Shown: positions 1 through 9,494, counted from the first letter of the stretch. The stretch: 47,263 nt of DNA from Bacteroidales bacterium (GCA_030523485.1 JAUNIJ010000001.1:4156-51418); one strand, 5' to 3'. Translations and numbers: made by a program. The notes: generated by a model from the sequence alone, not told the origin.

Positions 1-1191
1 AACAACGACTGGTTCATCGAATGTATAGGCTTGGTTGGTGAGTTCCTCGAGGGTGTAAGCGATGTAGTAGAGGTCGTAACCTGCTTCGGATTGACCTTCG
101 TAGAAGAGACCAATATTGTTATTTTTCAACAAAGTCATTGTTGAGTAAGCACCTGAAGAAGAGGTGTTAGGCAGTGGACCATAAGATGACCAGTTGTTGA
201 TGTTAGACAAGTCACTTACGGTGGTGTTGTTATCGATTTCACGATAGAACACTTTTACACTAATGCGTGAATAACCTGTAGCTGTTGAAAGGAGCATCAA
301 TGTTACTTGTGTGTTGTCGCTGGTGCGATAAGCTTCGAAAGTCAACATCTCACCATTGACAGCGCAACCAGCAGTGAATGCACAACTGCCTTGTGTGCCC
401 CATGAGCCAGCAGCTGTTGCTGTGTTGGTGTAGTGGTATTTATTAAAACGACGTCCGCCAGCGTAGCGTGAACTGATGATCACGTCACCATTAGGTAACT
501 CTTCGAGTTTTGCTTCGTCACCGCTGGTGACAGCTGTTCCGCCGAGTTGTGTCCAACTACCACCGAAGTCGTCGGAGTAGTATACACGGTTTTCATAAGC
601 AGGAGTCAAAAGAGCTGTATAGATGCGGTAGTAGCTGCCATTTTTGATAACGCGTGATTGGAAGATACGACCAGAAGCAAAGAAGAAACCGTTGATATCT
701 GAAGTGTTAGGCACAGAGAGCAACGTTGGTGTCGACCATGTCTGACCGTTGTTGGTGCTGAGCATGGTGTAGTGCTCCTTATTGCTAGTCCAACCATTAC
801 TTCCGCCTACACAGATGAGACGTACGTTGTTGCTTTCGCGGTCAGCCACTACAGCGGCATCGCCATAACATTGCGAGATGCTGCTATAGCCTGAAGTGAT
901 GTTGGTAGCAGTAGAAGTAGAAGGAGATGAATAGGTTGCAGAAGACGTGTTGTAAGACACGCGTGTCAACATGACATCGATGCGTGCATTACCAGAACTG
1001 CCTACATCTGCATTGTGGCTATACCTATTATCTCCGAAGAGCAACAGGGTGCCATCGTAAGCAGTAGCCATCGCAGGGATACGATAGTACTGCGAGCTAG
1101 TGCTATTGTAAACAATAGTTTGCGCTTTAGTTGACGCGAATGCCATGAGGAGTAGGCAAAGAGTCAACAATAACGTAGCCGTTTTTTTCAT
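1..1191 (-). CDS. nanH: Exo-alpha-sialidase (GH33 neuraminidase), N-terminal 397 codons; the C-terminus lies beyond the left window edge
   Basis: Absent from the ORF track because it runs off the edge. My translation from the ATG at 1191..1189 gives MKKTATLLLTLCLLLMAFASTKAQ (signal peptide), then YYRIPAMATAYDGTLLLFGDNRY (sialidase RIP motif). Asp-boxes are STNNGQTWS (nt 733-759) and SDDFGGSWT (nt 550-576). The frame stays open to nt 1. Confidence 0.85.
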   Translation of the reverse strand, partial: MKKTATLLLTLCLLLMAFASTKAQTIVYNSTSSQYYRIPAMATAYDGTLLLFGDNRYSHNADVGSSGNARIDVMLTRVSYNTSSATYSSPSTSTATNITSGYSSISQCYGDAAVVADRESNNVRLICVGGSNGWTSNKEHYTMLSTNNGQTWSTPTLLSVPNTSDINGFFFASGRIFQSRVIKNGSYYRIYTALLTPAYENRVYYSDDFGGSWTQLGGTAVTSGDEAKLEELPNGDVIISSRYAGGRRFNKYHYTNTATAAGSWGTQGSCAFTAGCAVNGEMLTFEAYRTSDNTQVTLMLLSTATGYSRISVKVFYREIDNNTTVSDLSNINNWSSYGPLPNTSSSGAYSTMTLLKNNNIGLFYEGQSEAGYDLYYIAYTLEELTNQAYTFDEPVVV

Positions 1192-1415
1192 TGTTTTTCT
1201 AATTTATATAAGTAGTTTATTTATTGATTTCATGGCGAGAGAAAAGATGAACGGCTGTAAAAGAGGCACCAAAAAAGTCATTTTTTTCGACCGCAAGCCA
1301 ACATTCTTTAACACTAGGCTTTACGGCGTGCCCCCCCTAACAACTTTATTATGAGCAACTTAACTCACATACTGCGAGATGTTTACCAACATTTTTCATA
1401 CTTTCTTACAAGTTG

Positions 1416-1423
1416 CAAATATA
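1416..1423 (-). promoter_or_regulatory. Candidate Bacteroidetes -7 promoter box (TAtaTTTG on the minus strand) upstream of the sialidase
   Basis: Plus-strand caaatata is the reverse complement of TATATTTG and matches the TAnnTTTG consensus. It is the only match between the sialidase ATG and the upstream terminator, which implies a leader of about 220 nt. Confidence 0.4.
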
Positions 1424-1468
1424 CGGCAAATTTCGGTATCGCAAAATTTTCCACATTAAAAATTAATT

Positions 1469-1500
1469 AAAAAAAACGGGTGCCAAGTGACACCCGTGTT
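1469..1500 (-). terminator. Rho-independent terminator after the small membrane protein gene
   Basis: Stem acgggtg (1476-1482) pairs with cacccgt (1491-1497). On the minus strand it is followed by a T-run (plus-strand A-run 1469-1476). Confidence 0.75.
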
Positions 1501-1522
1501 TCGTTTCCTTGAGGAGACAGCA

Positions 1523-1861
1523 TTACTCTTTATGCCTGCGACGGCCGTACGCCATGGTGAGCCAGAGGTCGACCAACGCCGAGATGAGGAACGGCAGGAT
1601 CCACGACGTGTAGCCTCCCACCCACACCATGTAGGTGCCGAGACACTGAAACAAGGCAGAGAACAGCTGCTGCATATTCAGACGGCGCAACTGACGATCG
1701 TCACTCTTCGGCAACGAGAGGAGTCGGCACACCGTGGCAACCACCACGCCCCCTAACAGCACATAACGACAGAGTGGGATGACACTGAACACACGTAGTG
1801 CAACACCCACGACCACCACGAGGTAGCCTAAGAGAAAGAGTATAGAACAAAGTTTTTTCAT
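1523..1861 (-). CDS. Small integral membrane protein (about 4 TM helices), function unknown
   Basis: 112-aa ORF with four hydrophobic segments (LCSILFLLGYLVVVVGVAL, VLLGGVVVATVCRLL, LFSALFQCLGTYMVWVGG, WILPFLISALVDLWL). Its ATG overlaps the helicase TGA in an ATGA junction (1858-1861). A terminator follows. Confidence 0.6.
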   Translation of the reverse strand: MKKLCSILFLLGYLVVVVGVALRVFSVIPLCRYVLLGGVVVATVCRLLSLPKSDDRQLRRLNMQQLFSALFQCLGTYMVWVGGYTSWILPFLISALVDLWLTMAYGRRRHKE

Positions 1862-4242
1862 CGTATAATCTCTAATTTAGCATATTTCAAAATGAGGGTC
1901 TTCTCCCCTTGCGTGTCGAAGCGTATGACCGCCCTATGACTCATGGCATCGGCATCAGAGCCTGTGACATTCACCACGGTGCCTTCGCCAAAGGTGGCAT
2001 GACGGACACGTATGCCTGTGACGATCTTATCGGGAGAAGCGGCATTGCTGGCGATGGTGATACGTCGCGACTCTTCCAGCGGCACCTCAACGGGGTTGTT
2101 GGCTAAGAAATGTCGACGCACCGCCTCCGACACCTGGCGTTGCGATGCGGCACCCATACCAAACGGCATGTTGGTGCGACGTGTCAAGAACGACGGCGTA
2201 TAGCCCGACGGCAGTTGCAGGTAATCGGGACCTATCTCGTCGATAAATCGGCTGGGCATCGTGTAATCGGTGTGTCCGTTGCGGAAACGTGTCTGCGCAT
2301 AGCTGATGCTGCAAGTCTCTTTGGCACGTGTGACAGCGACATAACAGAGACGGCGCTCCTCCTCCAGCTCCTGCGGCTCACTCTCCTCGCACATCGGCAA
2401 CAGTCCCTCCTCTACCCCGGCTAAGAAGATATGACGGAACTCCAGACCCTTGGCAGAGTGGATAGTCATGAGCGTCACACGGTCGGCATCCTCCGGTTCG
2501 TTCTCATCTTGGTCGGTGAGCAGCGACACCTCGGAGAGGAAATTGCGCAACGTGATGTCGTCGTCGCCTTGGTTGTTGACATGCTCCTCGCAGAACTCAT
2601 TGATGGCGGTAAGCAACTCCTGGATATTCTCGCGTCGCTCCTTATTGTCGGGATCGTCGTTGGAAGCGATGTCGGCAGCGATGCCAGAGCGTTGTATGAT
2701 ATCGTCAGCCATGGCATAGGCATCGTAATGTTCGTTTTGCGCCGTAAACTCTTCCATCATCCGTCCGAACTCCTTGACGACACGTGCTGTGTTGCCTTTC
2801 AAACCGACGTCGTAGTCGTCGAGATGCATCACCACATCCAGCGGACTGATGTTGAACTGATGTGCCACGTTGAGAATCTTCAACTGTGTAACGGCGCCAA
2901 TCTTGCGTGCGGGATAGTTGATGATACGTTTGAACGCCTCCTCGTCGTTGCCGTTGATGGTGAGACGCATATAGGCGAGCGCATCTTTGATCTCCTTACG
3001 TTGGTAGAACGATAGCCCGCCATAGATTTTATAGGGAATACCTTCGCGGATGAACGCCTTCTCGAACGTGCGCGACTGTGCATTGGTGCGATAGAGGACA
3101 GCGACTTCGGCATAGAGATTACCGTCGGACGACTCCTTACGTTCACGCTTCACGAGGTTGATAATCATGCGTGCCACGGCATCGCTCTCGTCGAGGTCGC
3201 TGAGATGACGCGTCACCTTGATCTTACGACCGACAGACAGCTTCGAAAAGACGTTTTTGTGAATCTGACCACGGTTGTTGCTAATCAACGCATTGGCAGC
3301 GTTGACAATGGTTTGCGTCGAGCGGTAGTTCTGTTCGAGTTTGAAGAGACGGCAATTGCCGAACGACGACTGGAACTGCAACATATTGTCGATGATGGCG
3401 CCACGGAAAGAATAGATAGCCTGTGCATCGTCGCCCACGACACAGATGCGGTTGTGCAGTTTCGAGAGCATCGAGACGATGTGATGTTGCACGAGGTTGG
3501 TGTCTTGGTACTCGTCGACCAATATGTATTTAAAACGCTCCTGATAGTACGCCAGCACCTCAGGATGAGTAACAAACAGCTGGTTGATGTAGAGCAAGAT
3601 ATCGTCGAAATCCATGGCATTCGACACCTTGCAACGGCGACTGTAGAGGGAATAGACCTCGTGCAGACGCGGCCAGCCATGCATGGCATCCTCCTGTTGC
3701 CACACGGGATTGGTGGCATAGGCCTGCGCACTCACCAGGTTGTTTTTCGCCATCGAGATGCGAGCCGCCACACTCTTCGGCTTGTATTTCCTCTCGTCGA
3801 GTCCCAACTCCTTAATCAAATCGCGCACAAGTCCTTTGGAGTCGGCAGCGTCGTAGATGGTGAAGTCGCGTGTGAAACCAATCTTCTCGGCTTCGTGTCG
3901 CAGGATGCGTGCGAAGATAGAATGGAACGTGCCCATCCAGAGCCAACGTGCCATGCTGTCGCCCACGACCTTAGCGATGCGCTGTTTCATCTCGCGCGCC
4001 GCCTTATTGGTGAAGGTGAGTGCGAGGATAGAAGCGGCAGGATAGCCTTGCTCGAGGAGATAGGCAATCTTATAGGTCAGGACGCGTGTCTTGCCCGAGC
4101 CAGCACCCGCCACGATGAGCGAGGGACCATCGTTGTAGACGACAGCCTCGTACTGCGCTTCATTCAGTAGTTTTTTATAATCGGTAGTCAATGGTGTGTG
4201 TTTGTTGATGTATGATACAAAAAATCGCGGGACTCCATTCAA
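1858..4242 (-). CDS. uvrD: UvrD/PcrA/Rep-family ATP-dependent DNA helicase (superfamily 1)
   Basis: Walker A AGAGSGKT, motif II VDEYQDTN, then QNYRS, TIHSAKGLEF and VAVTRAK, plus the C-terminal GIRVRHATFGEGTV domain. The ORF-track start at 4242 is a TTG inside the recA terminator. A second in-frame TTG at 4191 gives MTTDYKKLLNEAQ, a typical N-terminus, and is more likely. Confidence 0.9.
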   Translation of the reverse strand: MNGVPRFFVSYINKHTPLTTDYKKLLNEAQYEAVVYNDGPSLIVAGAGSGKTRVLTYKIAYLLEQGYPAASILALTFTNKAAREMKQRIAKVVGDSMARWLWMGTFHSIFARILRHEAEKIGFTRDFTIYDAADSKGLVRDLIKELGLDERKYKPKSVAARISMAKNNLVSAQAYATNPVWQQEDAMHGWPRLHEVYSLYSRRCKVSNAMDFDDILLYINQLFVTHPEVLAYYQERFKYILVDEYQDTNLVQHHIVSMLSKLHNRICVVGDDAQAIYSFRGAIIDNMLQFQSSFGNCRLFKLEQNYRSTQTIVNAANALISNNRGQIHKNVFSKLSVGRKIKVTRHLSDLDESDAVARMIINLVKRERKESSDGNLYAEVAVLYRTNAQSRTFEKAFIREGIPYKIYGGLSFYQRKEIKDALAYMRLTINGNDEEAFKRIINYPARKIGAVTQLKILNVAHQFNISPLDVVMHLDDYDVGLKGNTARVVKEFGRMMEEFTAQNEHYDAYAMADDIIQRSGIAADIASNDDPDNKERRENIQELLTAINEFCEEHVNNQGDDDITLRNFLSEVSLLTDQDENEPEDADRVTLMTIHSAKGLEFRHIFLAGVEEGLLPMCEESEPQELEEERRLCYVAVTRAKETCSISYAQTRFRNGHTDYTMPSRFIDEIGPDYLQLPSGYTPSFLTRRTNMPFGMGAASQRQVSEAVRRHFLANNPVEVPLEESRRITIASNAASPDKIVTGIRVRHATFGEGTVVNVTGSDADAMSHRAVIRFDTQGEKTLILKYAKLEIIR

Positions 4243-4258
4243 CGGAGTACCCGCGATT
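4219..4258 (-). terminator. Rho-independent terminator of recA
   Basis: The minus strand reads aatcgcgggtactcc-gttgaat-ggagtcccgcgatt followed by tttttt. This is a roughly 14-bp stem with one bulge. Confidence 0.8.
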
Positions 4259-4286
4259 GTAAGTGATGATAATAATATATAGTATA

Positions 4287-5339
4287 TTAATCTTCGTTGA
4301 TCTCGCCGTCGCCATTGTCGGCAACAGCATCAGGGTTGCCCAAGAGAGCCGCCATGATTTTCTGTTCGATCTCGTTAGCCAACTCGATGTTGTCGACCAT
4401 GAGACGTTTTGTTGCTTCGCGACCTTGTGCCAGACGTGTCTGACCGTAGCTGTACCATGAGCCACTCTTGGTGATGATGTTGAGCGATGCACCGAGGTCG
4501 ACGATTTCGCCGGAGCGTGAGATGCCTTCGCCGTACATGATGTCGAACTCCGCTTTGCGGAATGGAGGTGCCACTTTATTCTTCACCACTTTCACGCGTG
4601 TCTGGTTGCCGAGGATGTCCTCGCCGTCTTTGATTTGTCCGATGCGACGGATGTCGAGGCGAACGGAAGCATAGAATTTGAGGGCGTTACCGCCTGTGGT
4701 GGTCTCTGGGTTGCCGAACATCACGCCGATTTTCTCACGCAATTGGTTGATGAAGATGCAGGTGGTGTTTGTCTTGCTGATGCTGGCAGTGAGTTTACGC
4801 AACGCCTGCGACATGAGTCGAGCTTGCAATCCTACTTTGTTATCGCCCATGTCACCTTCAATCTCAGCTTTCGGTGTGAGTGCTGCCACAGAGTCGATGA
4901 CAATGAGATCGAGTGCTGACGAGCGTACGAGTTGATCGACGATTTCGAGAGCTTGTTCGCCGTTATCAGGTTGTGAGATGAGGAGGTTGTCGATGTCGAC
5001 GCCTAACTTCTCGGCATAGAAGCGGTCGAAAGCGTGCTCAGCATCGATGATGGCAGCGATGCCGCCTTGTTTCTGTGCTTCAGCGATGGCGTGTATTGCC
5101 AAAGTGGTCTTACCACTCGATTCAGGACCGAAGATCTCGATGATACGCCCTTTTGGGAAACCGCCCACACCTAACGCTGCGTTCAGCGCGATGGAGCCTG
5201 TTGGGATTACTTCGACGTTTTCGCTTTGACTCTCGCCAAGACGCATCACAGTGCCTTTGCCGTAGTCTTTATCGATTTTGTCCATTGCCAACTTCAAAGC
5301 CTTAAGTTTGTCGGCTGATGGTTGTACTTTTTCTGTCAT
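4287..5339 (-). CDS. recA: Recombinase RecA
   Basis: 350 aa with Walker [10 protein letters not shown] and the canonical RecA stretches [21 protein letters not shown] and [28 protein letters not shown]. Confidence 0.98.
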   Translation of the reverse strand: MTEKVQPSADKLKALKLAMDKIDKDYGKGTVMRLGESQSENVEVIPTGSIALNAALGVGGFPKGRIIEIFGPESSGKTTLAIHAIAEAQKQGGIAAIIDAEHAFDRFYAEKLGVDIDNLLISQPDNGEQALEIVDQLVRSSALDLIVIDSVAALTPKAEIEGDMGDNKVGLQARLMSQALRKLTASISKTNTTCIFINQLREKIGVMFGNPETTTGGNALKFYASVRLDIRRIGQIKDGEDILGNQTRVKVVKNKVAPPFRKAEFDIMYGEGISRSGEIVDLGASLNIITKSGSWYSYGQTRLAQGREATKRLMVDNIELANEIEQKIMAALLGNPDAVADNGDGEINED

Positions 5340-5383
5340 TGTTATTCTGATGTTTTATTGGATAATTTATTTTTTTAACGCCC

Positions 5384-5391
5384 CAAAGATA
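5384..5391 (-). promoter_or_regulatory. Candidate -7 promoter box (TAtcTTTG) for recA
   Basis: Plus-strand caaagata, 45 nt upstream of the recA ATG (5339). Confidence 0.55.
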
Positions 5392-5425
5392 CTCTATTTT
5401 TCTCTATTTCTCTATCTGTAAAAGC

Positions 5426-5459
5426 GGTTTTTTCACACCTTACGAAAGGTTTTTCACAC
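5426..5459. repeat. Direct repeat GGTTTTT(T)CACAC x2 upstream of the recA promoter
   Basis: ggttttttcacac (5426-5438) and ggtttttcacac (5448-5459) start 22 bp apart. They lie about 35-70 bp upstream of the -7 box. Confidence 0.5.
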
Positions 5460-5570
5460 ATCGACATGCTGCCGTATTTTGTCATAAACAACAAGGGGAA
5501 AGAAGCTATTGATGCGCACAACGAAATGGCATAAATGCTTTGTAACGTCGTCGTCGACAGCGACATCGCA

Positions 5571-6692
5571 CTATTTCGTCTGCTTCTGAACACTACGTTC
5601 ACGCTTTTTCAGACGATGAGACAGCGACATGTTCCATAAGAAATAGAGCGCCGATTCCGTCAGCAGCAAGATGTTGATGTTGATGAACGCCGCCAGGAAA
5701 TAGTTGCAAATGACGTAAACAACAGCCACCAAGAGTATGATGCGTCGTGCTTTGTTTTGCGAACCGTAGAGTGCTACTAATTTATGGTGCAAGTGTGTTT
5801 TGTCGGGACAGAATGGAGAGACGCCACTGAGGATGCGTAAGGCGAAGACACGTAGGGCATCGAGACAAGGGACTAACAGCGGCGATACGGCATGTACGAA
5901 GGAGATGTTGTCGGCTTCGACACTTCTCTCATGACACGCCAAAGCACAGACGACGAGTGCCAAGCCAAGCGTCATGCTACCCGTGTCGCCCATGAAGATG
6001 CGGTGACGGGTGCTTTTGCTGTAGGTGTTGTAGAAAAAGAAAGGGACAATGGCGCCCAACAGCGCAAAGACGCCGAGTGCGTAGGAGAATTCGTTGAGAG
6101 AGACGAACCAAGCGCCGTAATAACACAATGACAACGACGTCAAGCCCGACGCTAAGCCATCGATGCCGTCGATGAGGTTGAGCGCCACGACGACACCGAC
6201 AATCAAGACGAGTGTCAAGCAACAGTCAAGCCAGACAGGGAGCTGATGGATGCCCAAGAAGCCGTCGAGAGTGTCGACGTGCAAGCCCGACAGCATAGCA
6301 AAGACAGCTGCCACGGTGATGGCAACGAGTTTGACACGATAACTTAGGTTTTTCAGGTCGTCGATAGCACCAGTGACATACACCACTGCTGCCGCGAGCA
6401 ACAAAAAGAGCCACTGTGGGAATGGGATGGGGGTGAAGACGAAGAAATCGCTGGCTTGAGTGAGGAAATAAAACGCTATGACAACGGCGATGGAGAGCAA
6501 TGTCTCAGGGAGAAACGCTAAGCCACCAAGACGCGAAGCATAGCCGCTATGCATCTTACGATAGTCTGGCTTATCGAGCCATCCACGCTTCAGACTCCGT
6601 GAGAGGATGCGTGGGATGACCATGCCCGATGCCGCCGCGCTTATTAAAAAAGCGCAGAGCAAAAATACGAAAAGTATCAAACGATGTTCCAA
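5571..6692 (-). CDS. Glycosyltransferase family 4 (MraY/WecA-like) undecaprenyl-phosphate sugar-1-phosphate transferase
   Basis: 373-aa polytopic membrane protein with motifs GAIDDLKNLSYRVKL, NLIDGIDGLASG and IFMGDTGSMTLG. Confidence 0.85.
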   Translation of the reverse strand: MEHRLILFVFLLCAFLISAAASGMVIPRILSRSLKRGWLDKPDYRKMHSGYASRLGGLAFLPETLLSIAVVIAFYFLTQASDFFVFTPIPFPQWLFLLLAAAVVYVTGAIDDLKNLSYRVKLVAITVAAVFAMLSGLHVDTLDGFLGIHQLPVWLDCCLTLVLIVGVVVALNLIDGIDGLASGLTSLSLCYYGAWFVSLNEFSYALGVFALLGAIVPFFFYNTYSKSTRHRIFMGDTGSMTLGLALVVCALACHERSVEADNISFVHAVSPLLVPCLDALRVFALRILSGVSPFCPDKTHLHHKLVALYGSQNKARRIILLVAVVYVICNYFLAAFININILLLTESALYFLWNMSLSHRLKKRERSVQKQTK

Positions 6693-6851
6693 CGACGATA
6701 CGATTTATTGCAATATCTTATAAGAGTGCAAATTTCGCCTTTTTTCTTGAAATTAACAAGACTCTCATAGAAATAAATCGATAGATAACGAACAAAACCG
6801 TTTGAGTTTCATTATCCATCCTAACAGTCCGCCATCTAACAAACTCAGAGA

Positions 6852-6893
6852 CAAACAAAAAGGGTGTCCCTCTTATGAGAAGAAGGACACCCT
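6852..6893 (-). terminator. Rho-independent terminator ending the SusC-SusD-lipoprotein unit
   Basis: Stem agggtgtcc (6861-6869) pairs with ggacaccct (6885-6893). On the minus strand it is followed by tttttgtttg. Confidence 0.75.
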
Positions 6894-6918
6894 ATGATGA
6901 TTAACCTGTAGTTACAGA

Positions 6919-7872
6919 TTATTTACGTACCAAAGTGTTGAGTTGGTCAGCAAAGTTTTTGCAAGAAGCAATTTGTTTGTCAACAACGTTCTTTGAAACG
7001 CGGATGAAGTTCATACCATCGATGTTAACGATAACAGCTTCGTCGAAAGAAGCAGCGCCGTCTTTGTGGTAAACAGCTGTTGATTCGTCACCGAGAGTAA
7101 CGTTGAGGTGGCAACGTGGGATAACACTGTTTTGATCCAAGCAGAATGTGCTACCTGCGTTGATGAAACCATAGATGTTACCGAATTGATAACCTTCAGC
7201 ACCCATGATGCATTCTGTCATGAATGAGCCATAGAGTGAGTCGTTTTGTACATAACCAGCAGCGAAGGTTGAAGAAGAACCAAGGGTGGTGTCAACGCCT
7301 TCCCAGTCGCCAAGGATGTAGTAGTATTGGTCGTCAGAAGCGCCAAGGCCTTCGATATAGAAAGCTGGGCATTGGTCAGGGCCGATGAAGTCACCGTTGT
7401 CTCTGTCATAAGCCATACCGTTGGTCATGAGCAAGAAGACGAACTCTGTCCATTCGTAAACGTTGCCAGTAGTTTCTGAAGTCCATGTTTGACCTGTTTT
7501 TTCAGCATCCATGGTGAGGAATGATTCAACAGATACAGCGCGTGGGTCGAGGTAAGAAACAACTTCTACTTCGCAAGTAGCAGTTTTTTCACCAGCTTTT
7601 GCGGTGATAGTACATGTGCCAACACCAGCAGCTGTTACCAAGCCGTTAGAAGCTACGGTAGCAACTTCAGTGTTAGAAGATTGCCATGTTACAGTTTCGC
7701 CTGCTGGATCAGTGGTAGCAGTCAGACGTTCTGAACCGATTTCTGACAAAACAAGAGATGTTTTGTTCAAAGTGATGCTGTTAACGTCACCTCCGTTTGG
7801 TTTTGGGCCATTTCCGCAAGAAGCGAAAGCCAAGGTTAGGAGAGCAACAGCAAAATACATTAATTTTTTCAT
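6919..7872 (-). CDS. Surface lipoprotein with an N-terminal bacterial Ig-like (Big_2) domain; probable SusE/F-like binding protein
   Basis: Lipobox LAFASCGN. The Big_2-type segment is ITLNKTSLVLSEIGSERLTATTDPAGETVTWQSSNTEVATVASNGLVTAAGVGTCTITAKAG. It sits immediately downstream of SusD. The roughly 200-aa C-terminal region has no motif I recognise. Confidence 0.7.
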   Translation of the reverse strand: MKKLMYFAVALLTLAFASCGNGPKPNGGDVNSITLNKTSLVLSEIGSERLTATTDPAGETVTWQSSNTEVATVASNGLVTAAGVGTCTITAKAGEKTATCEVEVVSYLDPRAVSVESFLTMDAEKTGQTWTSETTGNVYEWTEFVFLLMTNGMAYDRDNGDFIGPDQCPAFYIEGLGASDDQYYYILGDWEGVDTTLGSSSTFAAGYVQNDSLYGSFMTECIMGAEGYQFGNIYGFINAGSTFCLDQNSVIPRCHLNVTLGDESTAVYHKDGAASFDEAVIVNIDGMNFIRVSKNVVDKQIASCKNFADQLNTLVRK

Positions 7873-7939
7873 GATTGAAATGTTTTGATTGTTGTTTGTA
7901 TAAGTAGTTATTAGAACTATCTAACAAGTTATGTTACAA

Positions 7940-9469
7940 TTATTCTTCTCCAGTTGAGTAGTTGTAGTTGTACTCAGTTTCTGAAGTAGGAACGTTGTAA
8001 TAGAATTGTGTGTAAGCAGTGCCTTGACCAGCGCCTTGGAAGTGGTTGGTACCACGAGCGATGGTGAGACCCATACGTTTACGTGTGAGGAGTGAACGAC
8101 CTTCGCCCCAGAGTTCGATACGCCAGTTGTAGATGAGTTGATCGAGGAAGTTCTCAGTAGTGATTACTGCTTCAGGATCGCGTTCGTCAACCAATTGTTG
8201 GAGGTAGTTCACAGCAGAGCTAGCATCACCATTTTCGTTGTAAGCTTCAGCAGCGATGAGATACATCTCTTCGAGACGCATGAAGCAGATATCGTTGGTC
8301 CAAACACGGTCGCCACCGAGAATACGTTTTGTGTCGTAGAATTTCTGGAGTGGAGCGAGTGTGTAAGTTTTATTGATAGCGCTGTTGGTATCAACATCTT
8401 GGAACCATTGTTTACGACGGTCTGATGTAGGAATCAAAGCGTAGAGAGCGTCGTCACAAGCTTTGTAGTCACCAGCCATAGCATAGCTATAGGTGAATAC
8501 GTCCATTTGACCGAAGTAAGAAGCGAGGCCAGTAGCTGTCTCGGTGGTAACGTCCTGAGCCCACATCCAGTTTTTAGCACTTACACTAGTGAAGCCAGTG
8601 GTAAGAACATCGCTGTAAGGCATCATAGAATATTCGCCAGAGTTGATGACTTCAGTAGCCAAGCGAGCTGCTTCAGCAAAATCTTCGTTTTGGAAATAGC
8701 CGCGTTGCAAGTAGAGATAAGCCAACCAACCTTTTGCTACACTTTGGTTGATGTAAGTTTTTGACAAACGTGAGAAGCCGTCGAGATATTCGATAGCGAG
8801 CAAGAGGTCGTTTTCTGCTTGTTGATAAACTTGTTCAGCTGTTGAAGGTGGTTGAGGAACGCCGATTTCTGTTTCTTCGGTGTAGATAGGAGCACAAACA
8901 GCGCTGAGGTCGAACGCAGCGGTTGAACCTTTACCATATTGTTCACCAAAGTAGTTAGCAAGCCAGAAGTAGCAGAAGCCACGCATAGCCAAAGCTTGAC
9001 CGAAAGCATAAGAAGCGTTGAGTTCTTCATCAGTTAAAGCAGAATGATCGCTGAAATCAACACCTTCGTATTTTTCAAGAGAGCGTTGTACCAAAAGCAC
9101 GTTACAGTTCTTGATGATTTTGTAGTAGTAGGAAGTCCACATGTAGCTTGAGAATGAAGAGTAACCGAACTCGTTCATGAAAGCCGCTGTTTCGAACCAA
9201 CCATAGTTACGTCCACGGAGGGCAAGGTCACCAACACCAAGGTCGGTGTGGATATCGATACATTTTTGACCGAAGAGGTCGTGGCTACCGCCATATTGAA
9301 TCATCAAGCTATAGATACCGAGTACACTAGCATCGAAAACAGTATAAGCGTCCTCATATTGCGATTGAATAATAGTGCTACCAGAAGGTTCTACATCCAA
9401 GAAACTTTGTGAGCAAGAGCTGAACAATACAGCAGCTGCCATTGCTACAATCATTAAAGACTTTTTCAT
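7940..9469 (-). CDS. SusD/RagB-family nutrient-binding outer-membrane lipoprotein
   Basis: 509 aa with lipobox LFSSCSQ and a TPR-like helical composition. It lies 25 nt downstream of a SusC-type gene. Confidence 0.85.
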   Translation of the reverse strand: MKKSLMIVAMAAAVLFSSCSQSFLDVEPSGSTIIQSQYEDAYTVFDASVLGIYSLMIQYGGSHDLFGQKCIDIHTDLGVGDLALRGRNYGWFETAAFMNEFGYSSFSSYMWTSYYYKIIKNCNVLLVQRSLEKYEGVDFSDHSALTDEELNASYAFGQALAMRGFCYFWLANYFGEQYGKGSTAAFDLSAVCAPIYTEETEIGVPQPPSTAEQVYQQAENDLLLAIEYLDGFSRLSKTYINQSVAKGWLAYLYLQRGYFQNEDFAEAARLATEVINSGEYSMMPYSDVLTTGFTSVSAKNWMWAQDVTTETATGLASYFGQMDVFTYSYAMAGDYKACDDALYALIPTSDRRKQWFQDVDTNSAINKTYTLAPLQKFYDTKRILGGDRVWTNDICFMRLEEMYLIAAEAYNENGDASSAVNYLQQLVDERDPEAVITTENFLDQLIYNWRIELWGEGRSLLTRKRMGLTIARGTNHFQGAGQGTAYTQFYYNVPTSETEYNYNYSTGEE

Positions 9470-9494
9470 AATTCTATTTTCTTAGATTTCGTTA

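Noticed and set aside
1145-1354. 69-aa plus-strand ORF overlapping the sialidase start and leader
   Set aside because: It overlaps the sialidase signal-peptide codons on the opposite strand. It has no promoter box and an implausible composition.
3205-4170. 321-aa plus-strand ORF, along with 2431-3015 and other ORFs antisense to the helicase gene
   Set aside because: It lies entirely inside a helicase gene with complete SF1 motifs on the other strand. It has no motifs of its own and its composition mirrors the skewed antisense strand.
5375-5602. 75-aa minus-strand ORF between recA and the WecA-like gene
   Set aside because: It spans the recA promoter box and the direct repeats and overlaps the end of the WecA-like gene. 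It has no motif.
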